Of a stretch of 32,000 bases of DNA, positions 17,056 through 25,209 are shown in pieces. The DNA is taken from assembly GCA_964354495.1 (NCBI GenBank), contig CAYHAA010000006.1, forward strand, positions 120,817 through 152,816, in the 5' to 3' direction. Source of the stretch: an uncultured archaeon (GTDB lineage: Archaea > Asgardarchaeota > Thorarchaeia > Thorarchaeales > Thorarchaeaceae). The notes beneath the pieces were generated by a model. That model did not search any database. It had not been told where the DNA came from and worked only from the letters and a program-made list of their open reading frames with translations. Within the stretch, counting starts at the first letter, position 1, and every line of letters begins with the position of its first letter. The position numbers were made by a program, and so were the translations under genes.

Positions 17056-17661
17056 ATGGTTGCAGAGAACTCTAAAGCTGTTTTTGTGGCAATGACCATC
17101 ATATTCAGTATCTCTGCCGCAGCTTTTCTGTCCTTGAGCGATTCGAGTAATCCAGTCGATACTGGAAACACCTCAGGCATTGCGACTCTCTCAATAATGG
17201 CCAACAGTACCGACCTGCTATATCCCGAGCTGGCCGAGGCAAGTTTCGTGTTTCTGGAGAGTGATACTTGGCGGGTTAACGCTAATTTCATGAATGACTC
17301 CGTCGATTGGTATGATAACCTTGAGATATATGATCTAGACTTTGTGGTCACTTCAGAAGAAGTGAAGTCTATAGACGATGCGCTCTATGAGGGACTGAAC
17401 AAGACTTCTCCTTCTGAGATCTCTGCTATGACGTTGTTGGAACCAGGTCCACACATCTGGTACGACATAGAAATCACATACACTGATGGCTCATGGATAT
17501 ACATCACCACGTTTCAAACAGAAATTGGCCATATCATAACCAACAATGGCACGGGCACTTTTGATGGGAACCTCTTGAGCGGAACAGTCTTAGAGCCATT
17601 GTCTGCTCTTGATCGTCTTGTCTTAGCCATCTATACTATCTTCTCGAACCATCTGGGGTAG
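17056..17661 (+). CDS. Hypothetical acidic secreted/surface protein with N-terminal signal anchor
   Basis: Hydrophobic N-terminus AVFVAMTIIFSISAAAFLSL; D/E/S/T/N-rich body with several NxS/T sequons. Confidence 0.75.
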   Translation: MVAENSKAVFVAMTIIFSISAAAFLSLSDSSNPVDTGNTSGIATLSIMANSTDLLYPELAEASFVFLESDTWRVNANFMNDSVDWYDNLEIYDLDFVVTSEEVKSIDDALYEGLNKTSPSEISAMTLLEPGPHIWYDIEITYTDGSWIYITTFQTEIGHIITNNGTGTFDGNLLSGTVLEPLSALDRLVLAIYTIFSNHLG

Positions 17662-17770
17662 GACTGAAGTTTCTCTCAACATTGTCTTGGTCATTTCAGA
17701 GATACCACAGGTCAAAAGATATAACACCCTTCAAGATTCCCTCAAATCAATTCCAAGTGGTGCTTAGCTA

Positions 17771-18181
17771 ATGCCTCCAAAGGACATGAACATCATCATA
17801 TTTGGTTGCCAACAATGTATGTACGCTGCCTCCGACTTAGCAGGGACCATGAAGCTGCAGTACGATGCGTCGAGCAGGATCATCAGGATGCCGTGCACCG
17901 CAAGGCTCGACATCAACTTCCTTCTGAAGGCATTGCAGGAGGGTGCAGACGGAGTGCTTGTCGTCGGGTGTCATCCAGGAGACTGCGCATTCAAGACTGG
18001 AAATCTGGGGGCAGAGAGGCGGGTCCGTTTCACAAAGAAGCTGATCGAGCAGTTGGGCCTTGACGAGCGCCGCGTGAAGATGGTGTTCGTTTCTGCAGCA
18101 GAGGGCGACAAGTTTGCGGCCGAGGTCAACAAGTTCGCAGAGGAGATACGTGCGATAGGACCGAACCCAATCAGACTGTGA
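17771..18181 (+). CDS. mvhD: MvhD/FlpD [2Fe-2S] hydrogenase iron-sulfur subunit, intact
   Basis: FGCQQCMYAASDLAG, PCTARLD, GADGVLVVGCHPGDC and GPNP motifs. Confidence 0.93.
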   Translation: MPPKDMNIIIFGCQQCMYAASDLAGTMKLQYDASSRIIRMPCTARLDINFLLKALQEGADGVLVVGCHPGDCAFKTGNLGAERRVRFTKKLIEQLGLDERRVKMVFVSAAEGDKFAAEVNKFAEEIRAIGPNPIRL

Positions 18182-18182
18182 T
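18158..18182 (+). repeat. 25-bp direct repeat, copy 1 (3' end of intact mvhD)
   Basis: GGACCGAACCCAATCAGACTGTGAT, identical to 19378..19402. Confidence 0.9.
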
Positions 18183-18238
18183 GGTAGAGGTAGCAAAAGG
18201 CTTATGTGTGCAAAATAATATAATGTACACGATATGGA

Positions 18239-18541
18239 ATGGAAACCGTTACTGCTAGATTACCTGAAGACATGGTCAAGAAGCTGGAGCTCATCGCACG
18301 GGAAGAACAGATTGACAGGTCAGAGTTGATCAGAAGAGCACTTGATATTGGGATACAGCAGTTCCTCTTGGAACGAGCACTCAGAGCGTATAGAGAAAGG
18401 CGAGTATCCCTCTGGAAGGCCGCATCAATGGCTGGTATCCCCCTACGGGCCATGATGAGAGAGGCGGACAAGGGACAGATCCCCATAGCCTACGATGAAG
18501 AAGACCTGGAGCGTGATCTTGCATTTGTCAAGGGTCAGTAG
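18239..18541 (+). CDS. Probable antitoxin: N-terminal ribbon-helix-helix plus UPF0175-like HTH
   Basis: TVTARLPEDM...DRSELIRRAL (RHH) and VSLWKAASMAGIPL (UPF0175-like); immediately upstream of a PIN gene. Confidence 0.8.
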   Translation: METVTARLPEDMVKKLELIAREEQIDRSELIRRALDIGIQQFLLERALRAYRERRVSLWKAASMAGIPLRAMMREADKGQIPIAYDEEDLERDLAFVKGQ

Positions 18542-18542
18542 A

Positions 18543-19040
18543 GTGGTGAGCAATGCAAGTCCTCTGATTCATCTCTCGATGGTTGGGTGTCTCAACTTGC
18601 TTGAGAGATTGTTTGGCAATGTCATAATTCCCGTTGAGGTACTCGAAGTATGCAGTGCAAAGGACACTCCTGATTCGATTGTGATATCGTCTGCAGTCGA
18701 TAAGGGATGGATATTTACTAAGAATGTTGACAGCGGAGATACGGTCCTCTTGGCAAAAAGCTCTGGGATAGATATTGGCGAGGCCGCTGCAATACTACTC
18801 GCAAAACAGGAGAGAGCCTTGCTTCTTATTGATGATAAGATGGGAAGAAGTGCAGCTGAAATTCTAGGAGTCAAATGTCTGGGTACAGTTGGTGTGCTCC
18901 TCCAGGCCCTTTCTGACTCACTACTCAACTTCAACGAATTCGTAGGGATTCTGGATCGGATGATTGATTTAGGATTTCGATTGGACTCGAAAGTCTATAG
19001 ACTGGCAATGCGAGTGGCTAAAGAACTCAAGAAGAATTAG
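18543..19040 (+). CDS. PIN-domain protein (DUF3368-like), probable VapC-type toxin
   Basis: VVSNASPLI, IDIGEAAAILLA, LLLIDDKMGRSAA and GTVGVLL motifs; start uncertain (TTG 18525 or GTG 18543). Confidence 0.8.
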   Translation: MVSNASPLIHLSMVGCLNLLERLFGNVIIPVEVLEVCSAKDTPDSIVISSAVDKGWIFTKNVDSGDTVLLAKSSGIDIGEAAAILLAKQERALLLIDDKMGRSAAEILGVKCLGTVGVLLQALSDSLLNFNEFVGILDRMIDLGFRLDSKVYRLAMRVAKELKKN

Positions 19041-19042
19041 CC

Positions 19043-19401
19043 TTTCGTGCAATGCATGTATGCCGCCTCTGACCTCGCAGGTACGATGAAGTTGCAGTAT
19101 GACGCCACCAGCCCAATCATCAGGAGGCCATGTACCGCCAGACTGGACATCGATTTCCTCCTGAAAGCATTACAGGAGGGAGCAGACGGAGTGCTGGTTG
19201 TCGGGTGCTTAGGGAAATTGCGCATATATGATCGGGAATCTGAGGGACAATCGGCGTTTCAGGTTTGAAGGCAACCAGATTCAAATGAAAGAAGCGAAAA
19301 TGGAATTCATGAATGTCACTGAGCATAATCTAATTAATACCGAGGTCAACAAATCCACTGAGAAAATTCGGGCGATTGGACCGAACCCAATCAGACTGTG
19401 A
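19043..19401 (+). pseudogene. mvhD: Degenerate mvhD copy: 5'-truncated, frameshifted near 19209-19218, with a net 15-nt deletion
   Basis: First frame reads QCMYAASDLAGTMKLQYD...GADGVLVVGC. Second frame (19219-19401) reads CAYMIGNL...EVNKSTEKIRAIGPNPIRL*. Both align to 17771..18181. Confidence 0.88.
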
Positions 19402-19402
19402 T
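19378..19402 (+). repeat. 25-bp direct repeat, copy 2 (3' end of mvhD pseudogene)
   Basis: Identical to 18158..18182, 1220 bp downstream. Confidence 0.9.
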
Positions 19403-20753
19403 ACGGGGCAAAAGTGTGGCCGAGAAGGACTCGAGTGCGAATTCAGTTTGGCTTTTGAAACGTAATTCCTTGGTCAGAAGACTCTTCCTTGGAATCTTTA
19501 CAATAGGGTTTGCAGCAGGAGCATTACGGTTTCTTTTTCCATGGCAGGTACTGAATCTCGGTGGCACGGAATCTCTTATCTCATTAGGAGGCACTCTCTC
19601 TGCCATCGGACAGGTAGTGGGGCTTCTGTTATTGAGCAGGCTGTTTCGCGGCAAGAGAAGTTCGATGCTTGTGAGTGGGTTGCTTCTTGCAGCCTTCGCA
19701 CTGGCAACAGCTCTTGCTCAGGACAGTGTTGTTCTAACGTCAGCGCGACTGTTTGAGGGAGCAGGTGCAGGGTTGCTTGCGCTCCTTATCATCAGGGTGT
19801 CCTGCGAATTCGAGTCTTGCCGGGGAGAAACCGTTGGAACGTTACTGTCAGCTTTGTTCCTAGGGTCAGCAATTGGCCAAGGTGTTGCAGGGATTGCAGT
19901 AGAGAATGTATCACTGGTTCTATCATTGTCACAGCTTGCTGCGATACAATCTCTCGGATTCATACTTTTTCTCCCATTTCTTCCCGTTCTTGGATTGATG
20001 TTACCAAAAATAGAAGATCCGCCTGCACCCACGACGAACGAAGGCCCCAAAGAACACAAGCACTTTCACTTCAGTCATCTTATCAGAGCCCTTCTCACAA
20101 AGAGAGTGGTGCTTCTTGCAGCAGTCTATTTCCTCTACGACTTCTCTCACGGCTTTTACACTCCGATACTCTCCATTCTAATCAATGACAACGGCGTTCC
20201 AATTGATCAAATAGGGTTAGGATATCTTACTGGCGACCTGGTCTGGGGAGGCACTCAGTTGTATGCCGGCCGCCTTGTAGATCGAATTGGTCACATTTGG
20301 CCTCTTGTCCTCAGCCTGCTTGCCAAGGGGACCATAGTGTTCTTCTATGCAGGAGTCTTCTCGTTCACATCACTTATTCCCCTGTTAGCTTTGGCTGGAG
20401 CATCTGAAGGCCTCTTGGAACCGGCGAGAAATGATGCGGCAATGGCCTATAGTCCGGCAAGCAGTCTGACTCATGATCACTCCCATTATTATCTAGTTCA
20501 TAGCCCGGGCATGTCTTTCTCGCTTGCAAAACACGACCATGAACATATGCATCTCACCGGCTCAGATGAGGTCGTTTCTATATTACAGGCAGTTGGACTC
20601 CTCGGTTTTGCTATTGGAGCTAGTGGAGGAGCTTGGATGTTGCTAGAGAATTTGTCAATGTCATTCCTCACGGCAGTTGGGGGGGCAATTCTGATTCTAG
20701 CAGGAGCGCTCTCTGCAGGCTTCCAATTTGCAGGTAAAGCTGAACCACTGTAG
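19398..20753 (+). CDS. MFS transporter with His-rich loops
   Basis: About 12 hydrophobic segments, motif A GRLVDRIGH, ARLFEGAGAG; HKHFHFSH and HDHSH...HDHEHMH loops; start GTG 19398 or GTG ~19416. Confidence 0.85.
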   Translation: MIRGKSVAEKDSSANSVWLLKRNSLVRRLFLGIFTIGFAAGALRFLFPWQVLNLGGTESLISLGGTLSAIGQVVGLLLLSRLFRGKRSSMLVSGLLLAAFALATALAQDSVVLTSARLFEGAGAGLLALLIIRVSCEFESCRGETVGTLLSALFLGSAIGQGVAGIAVENVSLVLSLSQLAAIQSLGFILFLPFLPVLGLMLPKIEDPPAPTTNEGPKEHKHFHFSHLIRALLTKRVVLLAAVYFLYDFSHGFYTPILSILINDNGVPIDQIGLGYLTGDLVWGGTQLYAGRLVDRIGHIWPLVLSLLAKGTIVFFYAGVFSFTSLIPLLALAGASEGLLEPARNDAAMAYSPASSLTHDHSHYYLVHSPGMSFSLAKHDHEHMHLTGSDEVVSILQAVGLLGFAIGASGGAWMLLENLSMSFLTAVGGAILILAGALSAGFQFAGKAEPL

Positions 20754-20815
20754 ACAGCATGTACCTTTCATTCTCTACATAATTGTTTTAGCAGACTCTC
20801 TGCATTCCAAGACAT

Positions 20816-21379
20816 GTGGCGGTTATGATTGAAATCAGGCCTCTAGTGAAGTTGGATTTAACACGTCTTCATGAAATCGGTGCTGGCTATACATCATCTG
20901 CTGTATATCAGGTGGACAAGAGCGAGAACGATACACAGACTACTATCTCTCTGCATCTACAAGAACTTGAGAACCCATACAAGAAACACTGGCTGCCTGA
21001 TGGGGTGATGGACGCCCGCTATGCCAAAGTGATTGGGCAGCGTTTCTCTCTGGGAGCGTACGATGGGAACGGAATGGTAGGAATTGCGATTGCTGAGAAA
21101 CAGGTCTGGAACCGTACCCTCTGGATCTGGGAGTTTCATATTGATTCGGCCTATCAGAAACGAGGGATAGGCAGACAGTTGATGGATCAAATGGCACAAG
21201 ACGGGAGAGCGGCTGGGTGTCGGGTGATGGTCTGTGAGACCCAGAACACCAACGTACCTGCAATCCGTTTCTACCGGGCGGTTGGGTTCGAAGTCGGTGC
21301 GGTCGACCTCTCATATTACTCAAACAAGGATACTACTGATTTCGAGGTCGCAGTGTTCATGAAGCGGTTCATCGAATAG
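20816..21379 (+). CDS. GNAT acetyltransferase, streptothricin-acetyltransferase-like
   Basis: YQKRGIGRQL acetyl-CoA motif; CETQNTNVPAIRFYRAVGF.VGAVDLSYY...EVAVF resembles the SAT family C-terminus. Confidence 0.8.
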   Translation: MAVMIEIRPLVKLDLTRLHEIGAGYTSSAVYQVDKSENDTQTTISLHLQELENPYKKHWLPDGVMDARYAKVIGQRFSLGAYDGNGMVGIAIAEKQVWNRTLWIWEFHIDSAYQKRGIGRQLMDQMAQDGRAAGCRVMVCETQNTNVPAIRFYRAVGFEVGAVDLSYYSNKDTTDFEVAVFMKRFIE

Positions 21380-21400
21380 ACTCCTACTCTTTTGGAAGGA

Positions 21401-21847
21401 CTAGTCCAGTTTCTTCTTCATATGATACGCACTGACCTTGAATCCTAGTTTCTCATAGAGGCGTCTTGCCTGCTTAGCCTTGACGGGGCAGGTCAACCCA
21501 ATCATGTCGGTACCGGCTCGTTTGAAGACATCAATTAGGTTCTCTAAGAGGAGTGTACCAATTCCCTGCTCTCCATACTCTAGATTGACAACCAATAGTT
21601 CAATAGTGGCCACCTTTGAAACTCCCCAGTTCTCCAAGACCGCTCTTGGTATCTCCCGAAAATACCCGTAGACAACTCCTACCACTCTGTTGTCCTCTTC
21701 AGCAACAATACAGCCCTCGGGAAATGCATGGGTTATCTTCAGATCATCTTCGTTTATTGGCCCATCAAAGAAGGCACACTCGTTCGCCAACTTGATGACT
21801 GAATCTGTGTCTCTCTTCTCGAATTGGCGTATTTGCAGCTTGGTCAC
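21401..21847 (-). CDS. GNAT acetyltransferase
   Basis: ELLVVNLEYGEQGIGTLLL and ARRLYEKLGF motifs; GTG 21847 preferred over the upstream extension. Confidence 0.85.
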   Translation of the reverse strand: MTKLQIRQFEKRDTDSVIKLANECAFFDGPINEDDLKITHAFPEGCIVAEEDNRVVGVVYGYFREIPRAVLENWGVSKVATIELLVVNLEYGEQGIGTLLLENLIDVFKRAGTDMIGLTCPVKAKQARRLYEKLGFKVSAYHMKKKLD

Positions 21848-21925
21848 CCACTGATTCTGAAAGTGTAAGTCTATTGAACATAACGCAACCAGAGAAAGAG
21901 CTCTTGCTGGGGTCACATAGAAACA

Positions 21926-21943
21926 CTATTAACAATAGTTAAT
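21926..21943. promoter_or_regulatory. Overlapping inverted repeats between divergent GNAT and FTR1 genes, candidate operator
   Basis: CTATT-AAC-AATAG (21926-21938) and ATTAAC-AATA-GTTAAT (21928-21943), ~20 nt before the FTR1 ATG. Confidence 0.4.
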
Positions 21944-21962
21944 GCATTAGAGGTGACCGACA

Positions 21963-22838
21963 ATGATCATTACACCAACCATCATTTCACTTCGAGAAGG
22001 CCTTGAGGTAGCTCTGATACTTGTAATCATGCTATCCTACCTGAAGAAGACCAATCAATCTGATCTAAGAAGGTTTGTCATTAATGGAAGTGTATTCGCG
22101 GCAGTTGTAAGTCTTGGAGTCGCTATTGTAGTAGGCCTCTTCTGGGGTGTATTTGAAGGTGCAATGTTGAACATATTCGAGGGTATTGCCGTTCTCATTG
22201 CTGCTCTTCTTCTCACTACAATGATTCTCTGGATGTGGAAGGTCGGTTCGTCGGTGGCAAAGGATATTGAAACATCGATGGAGAGTAGTATCATCAGACA
22301 GAGTGGCATCGGGCTTGCACTCCTGAGTTTCTCGCTTGTTCTACGAGAAGGCGTAGAGATATCGTTATTCAGCATGGCACTTGTAATCCAGGAAGGCGAT
22401 TTGAGCTACGTTGGTGTTGCTCTTGGCCTAGTACTCGCTGCAGGAATCGGTTTTGGAATTTACAAGGAATCGCTTAAGATCAGTATGAAGTCTCTTTTCA
22501 AATGGACCTCAGTCTTTCTTATCCTCTTTGCAGCTGGAATGATTGCATATGGCATTCACGAACTACAAGAAGCAGGTCTGCTACTGATTGGACCACTCGA
22601 AGCGTGGAATATCAATCCTCCACTACTGCCTGACGGAAGTTACCCTGTGTTACACGAAAATGGGGTAATAGGTGGACTTGCTAAGGCGTTGTTCGGATAC
22701 AATGGCAATCCCTCTGCACTCGAAGTCGCCGCGTACCTCACATACATCACAATGGCCATTTCCTACTTCTGGAGAAAACGAAAGACTGTAGTATCGATAG
22801 GCCAGAGAGAATCCATGAAAGTAGCTCCTGCAAGCTGA
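21963..22838 (+). CDS. FTR1/EfeU-family iron permease
   Basis: Two RExxE motifs (LREGLE, LREGVE), YGIHELQEAG and LFGYNGNPS.LE; about 7 TM helices. Confidence 0.93.
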   Translation: MIITPTIISLREGLEVALILVIMLSYLKKTNQSDLRRFVINGSVFAAVVSLGVAIVVGLFWGVFEGAMLNIFEGIAVLIAALLLTTMILWMWKVGSSVAKDIETSMESSIIRQSGIGLALLSFSLVLREGVEISLFSMALVIQEGDLSYVGVALGLVLAAGIGFGIYKESLKISMKSLFKWTSVFLILFAAGMIAYGIHELQEAGLLLIGPLEAWNINPPLLPDGSYPVLHENGVIGGLAKALFGYNGNPSALEVAAYLTYITMAISYFWRKRKTVVSIGQRESMKVAPAS

Positions 22839-23089
22839 TGATACTTCGATATCAATCACTGCCACCTGCATCTGCCTATTACCATTAGTTCATATGAAGA
22901 TAATTAACTCATGACAGGAGAAAAAAGAAAGAATCTGACTCAGCTCATTGATTCAGTATAGACTGAGTGAAATCCCAATAGGATATCCAACTTGGAGAAG
23001 TATTATCGTTTTTGGCTACTAGTATCTCATTTATTACCAAATCAGCTGATAACCAGACTCAAGAAAAAACATGTGAATTAGGGTGCATT

Positions 23090-23914
23090 ATGAAAATGGC
23101 AAAGGTCCCAAAACAGAAGAATACGCTAAAAGAAAGGATTCATCGGCTTATCAGTGATAATGAGCGTTGCATCTTGGCACTGGACGAGCTTGAGAATGAC
23201 ATTGAAGTCCAGACCTTACTGGAAGATAGCAACAGAATGGCTATAGATCGCATGGCCTATTCAGACCATGGACATACCCATTCACTCATTGTGGCTCTTA
23301 ATGGAATTAAGTTGATTCGTGCGCTCAGCAGCGGACTTCAGCCATCGATAGTCCAGGAAGAAACTGGCGACCTCAAGGATGCTGAATTGGTGGTCATGCT
23401 TGGCTGCTATCTACATGACATCGGCATGGTTCTCGGCAGAACAAACCATGATGAGTTCTCAGTCGTTCTGGCAATTCCAATCATCGATAGAATTCTTGGA
23501 AAGGTCTACCCGAAGGACCGACACAAGCAGGTTCACATACGCGATCATATTATTCATGCCATCTACTGCCATGACAAGGTCGCTCCTCCCATGACAATAG
23601 AGGCTGGTGTCGTTGGAGTAGCTGACGCGCTAGACATGACGAAAGGAAGAGCGAGAATCCCATTTGAGGCTGGAAGTGTCAACATACACTCTGCATCAGC
23701 AATGGCAATCGAGGATGTGAAGATTCGAAAAGGCGAAACCAAGACTGTTCGCATCGAGGTCGATATGACCAATGTGTCCGGCATATTCCAGATTCAGGAG
23801 CTCCTTGAAAAGAAGATCAGGAATGCACGGTCTCTCATAGACCACATAGAGCTGTATGCAATCATGGCACCAAAAGAGGATGCAATTCTAAAGAAAGAGC
23901 TTAGAGTGCTATAA
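23090..23914 (+). CDS. HD-superfamily metal-dependent phosphohydrolase
   Basis: YSDHGHTH, YLHDIGM, IYCHD and VADALDM motifs; ATG 23090 preferred. Confidence 0.88.
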   Translation: MKMAKVPKQKNTLKERIHRLISDNERCILALDELENDIEVQTLLEDSNRMAIDRMAYSDHGHTHSLIVALNGIKLIRALSSGLQPSIVQEETGDLKDAELVVMLGCYLHDIGMVLGRTNHDEFSVVLAIPIIDRILGKVYPKDRHKQVHIRDHIIHAIYCHDKVAPPMTIEAGVVGVADALDMTKGRARIPFEAGSVNIHSASAMAIEDVKIRKGETKTVRIEVDMTNVSGIFQIQELLEKKIRNARSLIDHIELYAIMAPKEDAILKKELRVL

Positions 23915-24027
23915 GTGACTCGTACATTTGTGTGAAAGACGCTTTCGAAGTCGCACATATCGGCTAGTATATATGCACGGAACCGAACACTCTCTCTTGG
24001 ATGTACTGCACCGCAGAGGCTTAGCTG

Positions 24028-24483
24028 ATGAAATTGGATGACATTGACTCTAAGATAATCGCAATGCTTCAAGAGGATGGGCGACAGTCCTACAACGATA
24101 TAGCCGAGGCTGTCGGGCGAACTGAGGTCACAATCAGACGCCGCGTGAAACGACTGAAGGATACGGGCTACATCAAGCGGTTCACCGTGGTTCTAAATCC
24201 TATGAAGATAGGAAAACGAATTCGTGCAATAATCCGTGTGAAGACAGCAATAAAGGAAACAACTCTCATCTCCAAGAAACTGAGGACTTTCAAGGAAGTG
24301 GACGAGGCCTACTTTCTGGATGGTGCATGCGGTCTTATCATGACCGTCACAGTGGATGACCTCACAGAACTCAGGATGTTCCTCGAGAAACGCCTTGGTG
24401 GTATTCAAGGTGTTAGTGATGCGGAAACCTGCATAATCCTTGAAGAGATTAAGTCGGCATTTTCAGACCCTGGTGCTCTATGA
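24028..24483 (+). CDS. Lrp/AsnC-family transcriptional regulator
   Basis: LDDIDSKIIAMLQEDGRQSYNDIAEAVG...RRVKRLKDTGYIKRF HTH followed by a RAM domain. Confidence 0.93.
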   Translation: MKLDDIDSKIIAMLQEDGRQSYNDIAEAVGRTEVTIRRRVKRLKDTGYIKRFTVVLNPMKIGKRIRAIIRVKTAIKETTLISKKLRTFKEVDEAYFLDGACGLIMTVTVDDLTELRMFLEKRLGGIQGVSDAETCIILEEIKSAFSDPGAL

Positions 24484-24920
24484 TGCAGTACGAACTGCAG
24501 ATCTCTAGGAATGAGCTCATACGGCTACAGGACCATGCGGAGAGGATGCTCCCCGATGAAGCAGTCGCTCTCCTCTTTGGAACCATATCAGGTATCTCTG
24601 TACATGTGACCCTGGTGGAGCTCATTGAGAACACATCCGCTACCGCACACACATCCTTCTCGGTGAGCCCCGAGGTAGAGTATAGTCTTCTAGTCGAAGC
24701 AGAGCAACGAGGTGAATCCCTAGTTGGGATATTCCACTCTCATCCTGCACCTCCTAGACCATCTCAGAGCGACCTGAGGAACATGCGTTTCAATCCTGTT
24801 GTGTGGTTGGTGGCATCAAAACTCACTGGAAGCTGGATTGTCAAAGGGTATGCCCTGGAAGAGAACCGCGCTGTGGAAGTCGTCATGCATGTCGTGGAAT
24901 CTCGTGATTCAATCCCTTGA
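24480..24920 (+). CDS. JAMM/MPN+ metalloprotease (desampylase/deubiquitinase family)
   Basis: EAVALLFG and VGIFHSHPAPPRPSQSD (complete HxH-x7-S-x2-D JAMM motif); start overlaps the Lrp stop. Confidence 0.9.
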   Translation: MMQYELQISRNELIRLQDHAERMLPDEAVALLFGTISGISVHVTLVELIENTSATAHTSFSVSPEVEYSLLVEAEQRGESLVGIFHSHPAPPRPSQSDLRNMRFNPVVWLVASKLTGSWIVKGYALEENRAVEVVMHVVESRDSIP

Positions 24921-25209
24921 TAGTTCCAGATGTTCTCCTCGGTTCGAATGACACAGGAGTGTCTTCGACCACTCCAATCACCGCCGCTGCTGTGATGATC
25001 TGCTGCAGAGAGTCCGCACTGCATTGAAGGACACCGACTCCTGTTTCCTCGTCGAAGTCGAGAAGGTACAGCCTTGAGTCTGCTGCATGAACCTCGCCGT
25101 AGAGTGACAGTACACTCTTCCAAAGGGCGGTAGTGAGATACTTTCCATTGACAGGTTTTCCTTCTCTATGAAGGTGAAAGAGAAGGTATCTTCTTCGGTT
25201 CTTTCTCAT
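24883..25209 (-). CDS. rnp2: Ribonuclease P protein component 2 (Pop5/Rpp14)
   Basis: RRRYLLF, LYGE and RTSGTIKGL motifs; follows rnp3. Confidence 0.88.
   Translation of the reverse strand: MRKNRRRYLLFHLHREGKPVNGKYLTTALWKSVLSLYGEVHAADSRLYLLDFDEETGVGVLQCSADSLQQIITAAAVIGVVEDTPVSFEPRRTSGTIKGLNHEIPRHA

Noticed and set aside
16926-17760. CCACTTTGGAA (16926) and TTCCAAGTGG (17751) as terminal inverted repeats of an IS or MITE
   Set aside because: Only ~10 bp and imperfect, with no transposase and no target-site duplication; they do not match the inferred cassette ends.
19212-19218. GGGAAAT as a programmed -1 frameshift site rescuing the degenerate mvhD
   Set aside because: The heptamer is in the wrong phase and a +1 shift would be needed. 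The copy also lacks its first codons and has a 15-nt net deletion.
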